Positions 47,610-57,136 are shown, counted from the first letter of the stretch. The stretch: 64,000 nt of DNA from Gammaproteobacteria bacterium (GCA_024638445.1 JAHEKH010000002.1:4172-68171), one strand, 5' to 3'. Notes: generated by a model not told the origin, from the letters alone. Numbers and translations: made by a program.

Positions 47610-49375
47610 GTGGAGCACGTAAACGCATACGTCTTGGCGACCTGCTGAAGAACGAAGGCGTCATCACCGAAGAACAGCTGCAGCTGGCACTGAAGCGGCA
47701 AAAGGAAACCGGGCAGAAACTCGGACGTGCCCTGACCGATGTCGGCGCGATTACCGAGCACGACCTGCACGTGTTGCTGGCACGGCACCTGGGCATCGAT
47801 TACCTGGAGCTGTCGACGCTGCAGCTCAATGCCGGCGTCATCAACCTGTTACCCGAGGCCCAGGCGCGACGCTATCGCGCACTGGTGCTGCACAAGGATC
47901 ACCGTGGCGTACTGGTCGGCATGGCGGATCCCTCGGATCTTTTCGCCTATGACGAGATTGCCCGCGCGGTAGGCCAGCCGATGCGAATTGCGCTGGTCAG
48001 CGAAACCGAGCTTTTGCGCACCATCGAAGTCGTCTATCGCAACACCGACGAGATCGCTGCGCTGGCGGCCGAAGTCGACGAACAGCTGGCCGAGGGTGAT
48101 GTGCAGCTCGATTCACTGCTCGAGGACGAGCAGGCGGAAGACGCGCCGATCATCCGGCTGCTGCAGTCGATGTTTCGCGATGCGCTCAAGGCGGCGGCAT
48201 CGGATATCCATATCGAGCCTGACGACCGCGTTCTGCGGGTGCGCCTGCGCGTGGACGGGGTGCTGCAGGAGCAGACGATCGAGGGCCGGGGCGTTTCGCA
48301 GGCGCTGGTGACCCGGCTGAAGCTGATGAGCGGCCTCGACATCTCGGAGAAGCGGCTGCCTCAGGACGGGCGCTTCACCATCCGGGTCGAGGACCACAGT
48401 GTCGACGTGCGTATCTCTACGATGCCGATTCAGCACGGCGAATCCGTGGTACTTCGACTGCTCGACCAGTCGGCCAACCTGAAGCAGCTCGATGAACTGG
48501 GTTTGCCGGCGCAGCTGCGGGGCCGGTTCGAAAAGCTCATCCGGTTGAACAGCGGCATGGTGCTGGTCACCGGACCGACCGGCAGCGGCAAGACCACGAC
48601 GCTCTACTCGGCGCTGAACGAAGTCAACAAACCGGGCTGCAAGATCATTACCGCCGAAGATCCCGTCGAGTACCGGCTGGAGCGCATCAATCAGGTTGGC
48701 ATCAACCCGAAGATCGGCCTGAATTTCGCCAAGGTGTTGCGTACCGTGCTGCGCCAGGACCCGGATATCATCCTGGTCGGCGAGATGCGTGACGAGGAAA
48801 CCGTCGAGATCGGGCTGCGGGCGGCAATGACCGGTCACCTCGTATTTTCGACGCTGCACACGATCAGTGCGCCCGGCGCGGTAGACCGGCTGCTGGACAT
48901 GGGTGCGCCGCCCTACCTGGTAGCGGCTGCTCTGCATGGCATCCTCGCGCAGCGGCTGGTACGCCGCGTTTGCGAACACTGCCGTGAACCATCACAACCC
49001 GATTCGCACCAGCGGGTCTGGCTGGAAGCGCTGGTCGGGCTGGAGCAGCTCGATCGCTGTGAATTTATGCGGGGCTCCGGCTGCAACTACTGCCACCTCA
49101 CCGGCTACCACGGGCGTATCGGTGTCTACGAACTGCTCGAACTCGATGCGCACCTGACCGATGTGCTGCGTGCCGATCCACGCAACTTCGGTACGGCCGC
49201 TGCGACCAGTCCGAACTTCCGGCCACTGGTGCACTGCGCGCTCGACTATGCCCGCAAGGGAATTACAACCCTGGACGAAGTCATCCGGGTGTCGGGCGGC
49301 ATCGTAGCCGGGGCCGGCGGCTCCGGAGTGAGCGGTGAGCAGGCTCTCGAACACGTCGTCGAACCGGTGAGCTAG
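47606..49375 (+). CDS. mshE: MSHA pilus extension ATPase MshE with N-terminal MshEN c-di-GMP-binding domain
   Basis: ATGA overlap. Tandem 24-aa motifs RLGDLLKNEGVITEEQLQLALKRQ and KLGRALTDVGAITEHDLHVLLARH. Walker A GPTGSGKTT. GspE tetracysteine region (CEHC...CNYC). Confidence 0.92.
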   Translation: MSGARKRIRLGDLLKNEGVITEEQLQLALKRQKETGQKLGRALTDVGAITEHDLHVLLARHLGIDYLELSTLQLNAGVINLLPEAQARRYRALVLHKDHRGVLVGMADPSDLFAYDEIARAVGQPMRIALVSETELLRTIEVVYRNTDEIAALAAEVDEQLAEGDVQLDSLLEDEQAEDAPIIRLLQSMFRDALKAAASDIHIEPDDRVLRVRLRVDGVLQEQTIEGRGVSQALVTRLKLMSGLDISEKRLPQDGRFTIRVEDHSVDVRISTMPIQHGESVVLRLLDQSANLKQLDELGLPAQLRGRFEKLIRLNSGMVLVTGPTGSGKTTTLYSALNEVNKPGCKIITAEDPVEYRLERINQVGINPKIGLNFAKVLRTVLRQDPDIILVGEMRDEETVEIGLRAAMTGHLVFSTLHTISAPGAVDRLLDMGAPPYLVAAALHGILAQRLVRRVCEHCREPSQPDSHQRVWLEALVGLEQLDRCEFMRGSGCNYCHLTGYHGRIGVYELLELDAHLTDVLRADPRNFGTAAATSPNFRPLVHCALDYARKGITTLDEVIRVSGGIVAGAGGSGVSGEQALEHVVEPVS

Positions 49376-49379
49376 GCGG

Positions 49380-50609
49380 ATGCCGGACTTTGTCTACAAG
49401 GGACGCTTGTCGAGCGGCGACCTGGTCACCGGTGAACTGGCCGCGGAAAGCATCGACACCGTGGCAGCGCAGCTGGCCGACCGCGGCATTACGCCGGTCG
49501 AGATCCGGCCGGTCGTACATGCGGCACAGGACGGCGTGCAGCAGCTGTGGCGCAAGCTGGGCGGTGGCCGGCCGTCGACCAAGGACCTGACGATGTTCTG
49601 TCGCCAGATGCATACCATCACGCGCTCGGGTATCCCGCTGCTGCGCGGCCTGTCGAGCCTGATGCGCTCGACCCACCACCCGATGTTGCGCGAAGCGCTG
49701 GCTGAGATCATTGAAAGTCTGCGCAGCGGCCGCGGCCTGTCCGAGTCATTTCGCCGTCACCCCCAAGTCTTCTCGTCGTTGTTCGTGAGCATCATCGATG
49801 TCGGTGAAAGCACCGGCACGCTGGATACCGCGTTTCACCGTCTTTACGAGTACCTGAGTATGGATGAGCAGGTGCGAAAACGGGTCAAGTCGGCGGTGCG
49901 GTATCCGTTTATCGTACTGGCCGCCATTGCTATGGCTCTGGGCGTGATCTCGGTGTTCGTAATTCCCAACTTCGCGCCCCTGTTCCGTGCGCTGGGTGAC
50001 GATATTCCTCTCCCGACCCTGATCATCATCAGCGTATCCGATTTCACCGTGAACCAGTGGCCACTGCTGCTGGTGGGATCGGTCGGTACTGCGTTTGGAA
50101 TTTCCTGGTACCTCAAGACCGAGGACGGGCGCGCCCGCTGGGACCGCCGCCGGCTCCAGCTGCCGGTCATCGGCGCGATCATGCTCGAAGCCTCGCTGGC
50201 CCGGGTGACACGTTCGCTCGCCGTCGCTATCGGCGCCGGCCTGCCGATGAACCAGGCGTTGTCGACCATTGCCAAGAGCACCGGCAACGTTTATCTCGGC
50301 GGCCGGGTCAACGGCATGTGCGCCGCCGTCGAACGCGGCCGCTCGCTGACCTGGGCGGCCACTGAGGCCGAGCTGTTTCCGCCGCTGGTGCTGCAGATGA
50401 TTTCCGTCGGCGAAGAAACCGGTTCAATCCCGGACCTGATGGATGAGACGGCGGACTTTTACCAGCGCGAGGTGGACTACCGGCTGGAGAACCTGAGCGC
50501 GGCGCTCGAACCGATCCTTATCGTCGCGGTGGGTGTTTGCGTGCTGATCCTGGCGCTTGGCGTGTTCCTGCCCATGTGGGACATGGTCGGCAAGGCGAAG
50601 GGACTGTGA
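49380..50609 (+). CDS. mshG: Pilus platform protein MshG (GspF/PilC family)
   Basis: 409 aa, two GspF repeats, 3 TM. Confidence 0.9.
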   Translation: MPDFVYKGRLSSGDLVTGELAAESIDTVAAQLADRGITPVEIRPVVHAAQDGVQQLWRKLGGGRPSTKDLTMFCRQMHTITRSGIPLLRGLSSLMRSTHHPMLREALAEIIESLRSGRGLSESFRRHPQVFSSLFVSIIDVGESTGTLDTAFHRLYEYLSMDEQVRKRVKSAVRYPFIVLAAIAMALGVISVFVIPNFAPLFRALGDDIPLPTLIIISVSDFTVNQWPLLLVGSVGTAFGISWYLKTEDGRARWDRRRLQLPVIGAIMLEASLARVTRSLAVAIGAGLPMNQALSTIAKSTGNVYLGGRVNGMCAAVERGRSLTWAATEAELFPPLVLQMISVGEETGSIPDLMDETADFYQREVDYRLENLSAALEPILIVAVGVCVLILALGVFLPMWDMVGKAKGL

Positions 50610-51157
50610 GCCGAGAGTCGGGACGGCAACCGTACCAGGCCGGATTCTCGTTGCTGGAGCTGGTCGTAGTCATCGCGCTGATCGGAACGCTTTTGGTTGT
50701 CGCCCTGTGGCGGATGGCCGGCTTTGTACGTGAGGCGGAGCGGGTGGCGGTCCTGACGATGGAGGGCCAGATGCGCAACATCCTCGTCCTCGAGGCGGCC
50801 AAGCGAATTCTCAATCCGGGCGGTCCCGCCGTGGCCGGGCTGGCGCATTCCAACCCGATGCGGCTGATGCTGGAGACGCCGGTCAATTACCTCGGCGAAC
50901 TCGCGCCTCGGGAGACCTGGGACCTGCCGCAGCGACACTGGTATTTCGACACTCACGATTTGCGGCTGGTCTACCGCACCGGCCGCGACCTGGTCGGCAA
51001 GTGGGGCGGCGAGGTCGTGGAGATTCGCTATGACGTGCGTCTCGAGTACGTCGACGCGGACGGAGATGGTCGCTATACGCCGGCCGGAGACGACCTCGCC
51101 GGGGTCAGGCTGCACCGGATCGGGGGGCGCGGCTGGCTGGATCGGGCGCGGGGCTGA
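50606..51157 (+). CDS. mshF: MshF (prepilin-like N-terminus)
   Basis: GTGA overlap with mshG. QAG/FSLLELVVVIALIG class III signal-like N-terminus. Confidence 0.7.
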   Translation: MSRESGRQPYQAGFSLLELVVVIALIGTLLVVALWRMAGFVREAERVAVLTMEGQMRNILVLEAAKRILNPGGPAVAGLAHSNPMRLMLETPVNYLGELAPRETWDLPQRHWYFDTHDLRLVYRTGRDLVGKWGGEVVEIRYDVRLEYVDADGDGRYTPAGDDLAGVRLHRIGGRGWLDRARG

Positions 51158-51325
51158 GAACACGGCATGTTTAACCAGATTTATGAAAAAGGACCGTTAA
51201 GTCAACCAGAAGGCTGCCGATACAGGACACGACGACAGACTTTCGCTGGCGGGCTACGGTCCGGCACCGCCCCTGACGGGCACGGAATCGGATCCGGCGA
51301 TGCCGGAATGCAATCGGAGGCAGAA

Positions 51326-51754
51326 ATGAGAAAGGTAAGTGGTTTCACGCTCATCGAGCTGGTCGTGGTGATCAGCATCCTGGGCATTCTTGCGGCGTTC
51401 GCCATCCCGCGGTTTATCTCGCTGGAAACCGAGGCCCGAATCTCGACGACCCAGAGTCTTGCCGGCAGCGTTCGCAGTGCGTCCGCGCTGTCGCACGGCC
51501 TGTGGCTCGCACAGTCGTCCCCGGCAACCATCACGATGGAAGGCCAGTCAATCAGCATGACCAACGGTTATCCGACGACGGCCACCATTGACGACACGCT
51601 GGCGGACTTCACCGGCTACACGTTTACGCCAGGCGCCACCGGTGTGTGGACCAAGGACGGATCGCCGACCCCGGCTTCCTGTGCCGTGACCTACACGCCA
51701 CCGGCCGCATCCGGTGACGCGCCGACCGTCACAGTCGCCACCGGCGGCTGCTGA
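51326..51754 (+). CDS. mshA: Major type IVa pilin, MshA-like
   Basis: ATG 51326 with ggagg RBS. Short leader MRKVSG, then FTLIELVVVISILGILAAFAIPRF (Phe+1, Glu+5). C-terminal Cys pair. 168-nt upstream gap suggests its own promoter. Confidence 0.88.
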   Translation: MRKVSGFTLIELVVVISILGILAAFAIPRFISLETEARISTTQSLAGSVRSASALSHGLWLAQSSPATITMEGQSISMTNGYPTTATIDDTLADFTGYTFTPGATGVWTKDGSPTPASCAVTYTPPAASGDAPTVTVATGGC

Positions 51755-51765
51755 GGTCACCCGGG

Positions 51766-52275
51766 ATGCAGCCGTCCGGCGCTCATCGCGCCGGCTCGGC
51801 CGGCCCCGGAGCCGCGGCGGCGCAATCCGGTTTCTCGCTGGTTGAGCTGGTCGTCGTACTCGCGGTTCTCGCGCTGTTGTCGGTCGTTGCCGCACCGCGT
51901 TTTTTCGGTAACACCGTATTCGAAGAACGCGCCTGGCGCGACGAAGTCATTGCAGCGCTGCGCTACGCCCGCACGCTTGCGGTCGGCAGCGGTTGCGCGG
52001 TCCGGGTCATACTCGACACGGGCTCTTACAGCCTGACCCAGCAAAGCGCGGCGGCAGGTCACTGCAATAGCGCGGATACCACCTGGCCCCAGCCCGTAAC
52101 GCTGTCCGATGGCCAGGTCTTCGCCGGCACCGCTCCGGCCGGGGTCAGTGCCGCACCGGCAGCCACGATCATTTTCGACGCCGCCGGCCAGACCAGCCTG
52201 GCCGGTGACCAGGTCATCACGATCGGCAGCGTTTCCTTCACGGTGCATGCCGGCAGCGGCTTTGTGTCGCAATGA
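51766..52275 (+). CDS. mshC: Minor pilin, MshC/GspH-FimT-like
   Basis: SG/FSLVELVVVLAVLALL prepilin N-terminus and GspH-like body. Confidence 0.75.
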   Translation: MQPSGAHRAGSAGPGAAAAQSGFSLVELVVVLAVLALLSVVAAPRFFGNTVFEERAWRDEVIAALRYARTLAVGSGCAVRVILDTGSYSLTQQSAAAGHCNSADTTWPQPVTLSDGQVFAGTAPAGVSAAPAATIIFDAAGQTSLAGDQVITIGSVSFTVHAGSGFVSQ

Positions 52276-52730
52276 ACGCGGTCCGGAGTTTTCAGCGCGG
52301 CGTGACGCTGGTAGAGCTGGTCGTGGCGATCGTCGTGATCGGGACCGCGGCCGGCGTGATACTCGGATTGCTCAGCGCCAACGTCAACGCCAGCGCCGAT
52401 CCCATGGTGCGCCAGCAGGCCGTTGCAATCGCCCGCGCCTACATGGAGGAGATCCTGCTGCGGGATTTTACCGACCCCGACGGCAGCGACGGTGAAACCG
52501 CGCGCGTCGATTTCGACGACGTCGACGACTACGACGGCCTGCTCGATGCCGTGGCACGGGACCAGTTTGATAATCCCATTACCGGGCTCGGCGACTACAC
52601 GGTGAGCGTCAGCGTGACCAGCAGCGGGGCGTTGCCGGGCGTGCCTGCAGCGGACAGCCTGCGGGTCGATGTCACCGTATCACGACCGCCGTTCCTGGCA
52701 TTTTCCCTGAGCGGGTACCGCACCCGATGA
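52272..52730 (+). CDS. mshD: Minor pilin MshD-like
   Basis: ATGA overlap. QRG/VTLVELVVAIVVIG prepilin N-terminus. Confidence 0.75.
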   Translation: MNAVRSFQRGVTLVELVVAIVVIGTAAGVILGLLSANVNASADPMVRQQAVAIARAYMEEILLRDFTDPDGSDGETARVDFDDVDDYDGLLDAVARDQFDNPITGLGDYTVSVSVTSSGALPGVPAADSLRVDVTVSRPPFLAFSLSGYRTR

Positions 52731-53584
52731 ACCACAACGATGGTTTTACGCTTGTCGAGCTGGTGATATCACTGGTGCTGACGGTCATCGTGATCGCGTT
52801 TTCGGCAATGTTCGTGTCCGGCCCCGTGCAGGGCTACGTGGACCAGGGCCGCCGGGTCGCGCTGGTCGATACCGCCGACAGCGCATTGCACCGGCTGGGC
52901 CGCGACATACGCCGGGCGCTGCCTAACAGCGTGCGTGTCCGGCCGGTCGGGTCCGGTTTTGCGCTGGAGCTGCTCAATACCGTCGATGGCGCCCGTTATC
53001 GCGCCAGTCCGCCCCCCGCAGACAATACGAAGACCCTGGAATTCGACGCCGCCGACGGACAATTCAACGTACTCGGCGGATTCACCCGCATCAGCAAGCC
53101 CTTTTCGTCGGCCGCCCATTACCTGTCGATCTATAACGTCGGTACACCGGGCGCCAGCGCCTGGGAACTGGCAAACGTGATTACACCTCCCGGCACCCAG
53201 ATCGACATCGCGGCCGACACGATTGCCGGCGAGGATCATGTCACGCTCGCGACGCCGTTTCGCTTTACCTATCCCTCGCCCTCGCAGCGGGTTTACCTGC
53301 TCGACGGTCCGGTGACCTGGCTGTGCGATGCCGGTGCCGGGACGTTGAGCCGCTATAGCGGCTACACCATCGCGACCGACCAGTCGCTGCGCGACAGCGA
53401 CGCCGAGCTGACCGGCGCAGGTGCAGCCGTCTCCCGGGTCGCCGACAGCATCGCTTCATGCGCGATGACCTACAGCCAGGGCACTTCGCAGCGTGCCGGG
53501 CTGGTCAGCGCCCGCCTGGCGGTCGCCCAGGCCGGCGAGACGATCGTGCTCCAGCACCAGGTTCACATCGGGAATGCGCCATGA
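52727..53584 (+). CDS. mshO: Minor pilin MshO-like
   Basis: ATGA overlap. NDG/FTLVELVISLVL prepilin N-terminus. Confidence 0.75.
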   Translation: MNHNDGFTLVELVISLVLTVIVIAFSAMFVSGPVQGYVDQGRRVALVDTADSALHRLGRDIRRALPNSVRVRPVGSGFALELLNTVDGARYRASPPPADNTKTLEFDAADGQFNVLGGFTRISKPFSSAAHYLSIYNVGTPGASAWELANVITPPGTQIDIAADTIAGEDHVTLATPFRFTYPSPSQRVYLLDGPVTWLCDAGAGTLSRYSGYTIATDQSLRDSDAELTGAGAAVSRVADSIASCAMTYSQGTSQRAGLVSARLAVAQAGETIVLQHQVHIGNAP

Positions 53585-53985
53585 CGGGTCGACGCCAATC
53601 CGGTGCCGCCCTGGTCGTAGCGATTTTCCTGATCGTGGTGCTGGCTTTGCTGGGCGCCGTTGCGGTGCGCCTGACCGCCGTTCAGACCCAGACGGTAAAT
53701 CTCTCGCTGTTGTCGGAACGGGCCCTGCTGGCTGCCCGCACCGGCATCGAGTGGGCCGCCCATCGCGCGCTGACGTCCGGCACCTGCGGCGCCACCAGCA
53801 CCACGCTTACCGAGGCCGCGCTGAACGGATTTACCGTGAGCATCGCCTGCACCAGCACGACCCACCCCGAGGGTGGTGCGGTTACAACGGTTTACCAGCT
53901 CGAGTCTTTTGCCAGCTCCGGCAGCTACGGCAGTCCGGATTACGTTTCCCGCCGGGTAAACGCCGCCGTGAGCAGGACACTGTGA
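53581..53985 (+). CDS. mshP: MshP-like protein
   Basis: ATGA overlap. Hydrophobic N-terminus GAALVVAIFLIVVLALLG lacking Glu+5, as in PilX/MshP-type proteins. Confidence 0.7.
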   Translation: MTGRRQSGAALVVAIFLIVVLALLGAVAVRLTAVQTQTVNLSLLSERALLAARTGIEWAAHRALTSGTCGATSTTLTEAALNGFTVSIACTSTTHPEGGAVTTVYQLESFASSGSYGSPDYVSRRVNAAVSRTL

Positions 53986-56900
53986 TGCAAGGTTTCCGTG
54001 TCAGCGTGGTAGCTACCCTGTTCTCGTGTTTACTGCCGGTTGCGGCATATCCGGCACAGGTGTGCACCACCTCTACGATTGGCGACAAAGACTTCAACGG
54101 TGTGTCAGGCAGTAGTGACAGCCACGTGATCGGCGTCGGCAAAGACGGGCAAATAACGCAGTGGAATGGTTTGAGCTGGGCGTCGGTCAGCAGCCCGACA
54201 ACCGAGGACCTGCTCGATGTCGAGATGGTCAGTCCGGCAGTCGGTTACGCCGTAGGCAAGAAGGGTACGGTGCTGCGCCTTTCGGGAGGCGCCTGGGTCG
54301 AAGATTCCACGCCGACCGACAAGGAGTTGCTGGGAGTGTGGTCGGACTCTGCTACCGAGGCCTGGGCTGTCGGCAAAAACGGTACTGTTCTCTATTACAA
54401 CGGCGCGAGCTGGTCAGATGTCAGCGACGCTGCGGACACTGATGACCAGGAGCTGGTAGACGCATGGGGTGATGCCAATAGCTTCTACGCACTTGATAAG
54501 AAAGGTGTGCTCTATCGCTATGATCGCAGCAGCGGGACCTGGGATGAGCCGAACGAGGATTGTGACGATGCGGCTAACGGCAATGCCGAGGATCTCTGGG
54601 GCGATGGTGGCGGCAACATCTACATTGCCTGGAAAGAAGACGTAATCCTCTATGACGGCAGCTCATGTACCTCTGTAGCGACCTCCAGCAAGGACCTGCT
54701 GGGCATCTATGGTGGCGGGGGGCACATCGTGGCTGTCGGCAAGGACGCCCGGGTGCTCGAGTTCGATGGCACCTCCTGGGTCGAGACCAATGAGGGGGTG
54801 GATGATTTTCGCGACGTCTGGGTGTCCGACAGCGGCAATGCATACTACGTTGGTAAAAAAGGCGAGGTGACCAGCTGCGTCTGCACCGACTGCATCTCCA
54901 GTTTCATCCTCACGCACGATGGGAACGGCATTCATTGTGCCACCGAGAACATCCGGGTCGACGTAGTCAGCTTGAGCACCGGCAACCCCAACCCCGCTTA
55001 CAATGCGCAGGTCACCCTGGATACCCAGAGCGGTAGCGGAACGTGGTCGCTGGTTTCCGGTTCAGGCACGCTGACCGATGCGACTCCGAATGACGGGCTG
55101 GCAACCTACGACTGGCCCGGGGGCGAATCATCGGCCACGTTTGCTTTGTCCTATCCAGAAGGCGCGCCGGTCCTTGATGTCGATGTGTTCGAAACCGCCG
55201 ACCCCACGGTACGTGACGATGACACCGAGGGCAGCCTCACATTTTCTGCGAGCGGATTCAGCGTTACGGCGGCTGCCCTCAGTAATCCACCGCCCGTCAC
55301 CGTCGCTCCGTTTGCAGGACCAGTGACGGCGGGCAGCAACTTTATTCTGCATCTCGCCGCCTATGGGCAGACACCGAACGACCCGCAGTGCGGCATCATC
55401 GAGAGCTACTCGGGCGCAAGGAATCTCAAGTTTTGGTCGGCTTATATCGACCCCGGGACAGGGACCGTCCCGGTTACTATTGACGGCGGCGCCATTGCCA
55501 CCGCCGAAGGGGCCGCCGCCGCGCAGGCCGTCGTTTTCGCCAATGGGCAGGCGAGCGTTACGGCGAAGTACAAGGACGCCGGCCGGATCCAGGTGTCGTT
55601 GAAAGACGACACGGTTGCCCACCCGGACTTGCCCAACGGAATACGCGGGGCGACGGCAGCGTTCGTCAGCCGGCCTGCCGATTTCACGCTGAGCGGTATT
55701 GCCGATGCCGGCGGCAGCCCGAATCCCGGTGCTGCGGACGCCAGCGGTCCGGTCTTTGTGGCCGCCGGCGATTCGTTCCGGGTAACGGTAACCGCGCGCG
55801 ACGCGGAGGGCGACGCAACGCCCAACTACGGGCGCGAGTCGGTGCCGGAATCGGTGGTGCTAAGCCCATCGCTGGTGGCGCCGGTAGCCGGCAATAACCC
55901 GGCTATTGCGGCACCGACCGGTTTTGGCGCATTTTCCGGCGGCTCGGCAACGGGCACGGATTTCAGCTGGGCGGAGGTCGGTATCATCCAGCTGACACCG
56001 TCCGTCGCCGACGGCAGCTACCTCGGTACCGGCGATGTGACCGGCATGGCCAGCGGCAACGTGGGCCGGTTCATTCCGCATCACTTCGCGCCGACGCTGA
56101 ATACGCCGAGCTTCGATACGGCCTGTGGTGCCGGCGGTTTCACCTATGTGGGTCAGCCATTCTCGTTTCTTGTCGCACCACTGATCACGGTGACGGCTGA
56201 GTCGGCCGGAAACACCACGACGCAAAATTACGCTGGCGCCTTTTTCAAGACCACTAACGGATCACTGGTCAACCGCAGCTACACCGCTGCGACCGGCACG
56301 CTGGATTCCAGCGGATTGCCGGCTACCACGACGGACCCGGTCATCAGCGACCTCGGCGGTGGTACCGCCAGCCTGGTGTTTTCGACCGGTACGGGTTTGA
56401 GCTTTCAGCGCAACACAGCCGTGGTTCCGTTTGATGCAGACATCCAGCTGTCGATCGATGTGCTCGATACCGATGGCGTGGCCGCCACGGGTAACCCGGT
56501 GACGTTCGGCAATCCCGGTGGCATCGCCTTCGCTGCCGGCCGCAGCGTTCGCTATGGCAGAATCGCGGTCGAGAGTGCACTCGGGTCGGAGCGGGTCGAC
56601 CTGGCCGTGCCGATGGCTGCCCAGTATTACCTCGATGCGGCGACGGGATTTGTGATGCACACAGCCGATAACTGCAGCGACGCCGTGACGCTGTCTTTCT
56701 CTGGCTACAGCGGCAATCTCGCGGCCGGTGACACCTGCGTGATGGATACCGGCGCACCGGGCGCCAGTGGCGCAGGCTGTGGCACGCCCGCCCCTGTGGC
56801 GAAGCGATACAGCGAGCCACCGGTCGCGGGCAGCTTCAATCTCTACCTGCTGGCGCCGGGCGATGGCAATGACGGCAGCCTGAGCGTCACGGCAGCGGTG

Positions 56901-57023
56901 CCGGCCTGGCTGCGGTACGACTGGGATGCCGGGCTGCCCGGCGACGAGGATCCGCTGGGGCGGGTCACTTTCGGTATCTTCCGCGGCGACGACCAGACGA
57001 TCTACCAGCGGGAAATCTACTGA
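53985..57023 (+). CDS. mshQ: MshQ-like large pilus-associated protein: signal peptide, seven-fold propeller-like repeat, MshQ body, DUF6701-like C-terminus
   Basis: ATG 53985 shares one nt with the mshP stop. The ORF-track start at 53493 is an artefactual extension. Last gene of the cluster. C-terminus VPAWLRYDWD...RVTFGIFRGDDQTIYQREIY resembles the MshQ/DUF6701 tail as recalled. Confidence 0.8.
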   Translation: MQGFRVSVVATLFSCLLPVAAYPAQVCTTSTIGDKDFNGVSGSSDSHVIGVGKDGQITQWNGLSWASVSSPTTEDLLDVEMVSPAVGYAVGKKGTVLRLSGGAWVEDSTPTDKELLGVWSDSATEAWAVGKNGTVLYYNGASWSDVSDAADTDDQELVDAWGDANSFYALDKKGVLYRYDRSSGTWDEPNEDCDDAANGNAEDLWGDGGGNIYIAWKEDVILYDGSSCTSVATSSKDLLGIYGGGGHIVAVGKDARVLEFDGTSWVETNEGVDDFRDVWVSDSGNAYYVGKKGEVTSCVCTDCISSFILTHDGNGIHCATENIRVDVVSLSTGNPNPAYNAQVTLDTQSGSGTWSLVSGSGTLTDATPNDGLATYDWPGGESSATFALSYPEGAPVLDVDVFETADPTVRDDDTEGSLTFSASGFSVTAAALSNPPPVTVAPFAGPVTAGSNFILHLAAYGQTPNDPQCGIIESYSGARNLKFWSAYIDPGTGTVPVTIDGGAIATAEGAAAAQAVVFANGQASVTAKYKDAGRIQVSLKDDTVAHPDLPNGIRGATAAFVSRPADFTLSGIADAGGSPNPGAADASGPVFVAAGDSFRVTVTARDAEGDATPNYGRESVPESVVLSPSLVAPVAGNNPAIAAPTGFGAFSGGSATGTDFSWAEVGIIQLTPSVADGSYLGTGDVTGMASGNVGRFIPHHFAPTLNTPSFDTACGAGGFTYVGQPFSFLVAPLITVTAESAGNTTTQNYAGAFFKTTNGSLVNRSYTAATGTLDSSGLPATTTDPVISDLGGGTASLVFSTGTGLSFQRNTAVVPFDADIQLSIDVLDTDGVAATGNPVTFGNPGGIAFAAGRSVRYGRIAVESALGSERVDLAVPMAAQYYLDAATGFVMHTADNCSDAVTLSFSGYSGNLAAGDTCVMDTGAPGASGAGCGTPAPVAKRYSEPPVAGSFNLYLLAPGDGNDGSLSVTAAVPAWLRYDWDAGLPGDEDPLGRVTFGIFRGDDQTIYQREIY
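54090..54872 (+). repeat. Seven tandem ~35-45-aa protein repeats (beta-propeller blades) in the MshQ N-terminus
   Basis: Each unit fits hydrophobic-x-AVGxxGxVLxYxGxxW. Examples: VIGVGKDGQITQWNGLSW, AVGKKGTVLRLSGGAW, AVGKNGTVLYYNGASW, ALDKKGVLYRYDRSSGTW, IAWKEDVILYDGSS, AVGKDARVLEFDGTSW, YVGKKGEVTS. Confidence 0.7.
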
Positions 57024-57074
57024 TAATCAGATAATTGCAGTTTTTCCGGGCCACCCTGTCGCGGCGGCCTGTCT

Positions 57075-57095
57075 CATTGTGGGCTGCGCACAATG
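57075..57095. promoter_or_regulatory. Palindrome cattgtg-N7-cacaatg upstream of the HTH gene
   Basis: 7-bp inverted repeat 42 nt upstream of ATG 57137, followed by gcacttttt. Could be an operator or a weak terminator after mshQ. Confidence 0.2.
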
Positions 57096-57136
57096 GCACT
57101 TTTTCTGTTCCACATCTGTGCTACCATCGCACATAT

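Noticed and set aside
51158-51325. Possible sigma-54 promoter upstream of the major pilin (cggcaccgcccctga around 51258-51272)
   Set aside because: Only the GG element matches. The -12 element reads TGA rather than TGC, and the spacing and flanks are poor. The evidence is insufficient to call it.
53493-53984. N-terminal extensions in the ORF track (e.g. mshQ from 53493, ALS-like gene to 40201, mshE from 47456, mshN from 46074, nitrilase from 60023, mshA from 51167)
   Set aside because: The extensions overlap upstream genes and are Arg/Pro-rich. They precede obvious signal peptides, prepilin leaders or conserved N-termini that coincide with RBS motifs or ATGA/GTGA coupling sites.
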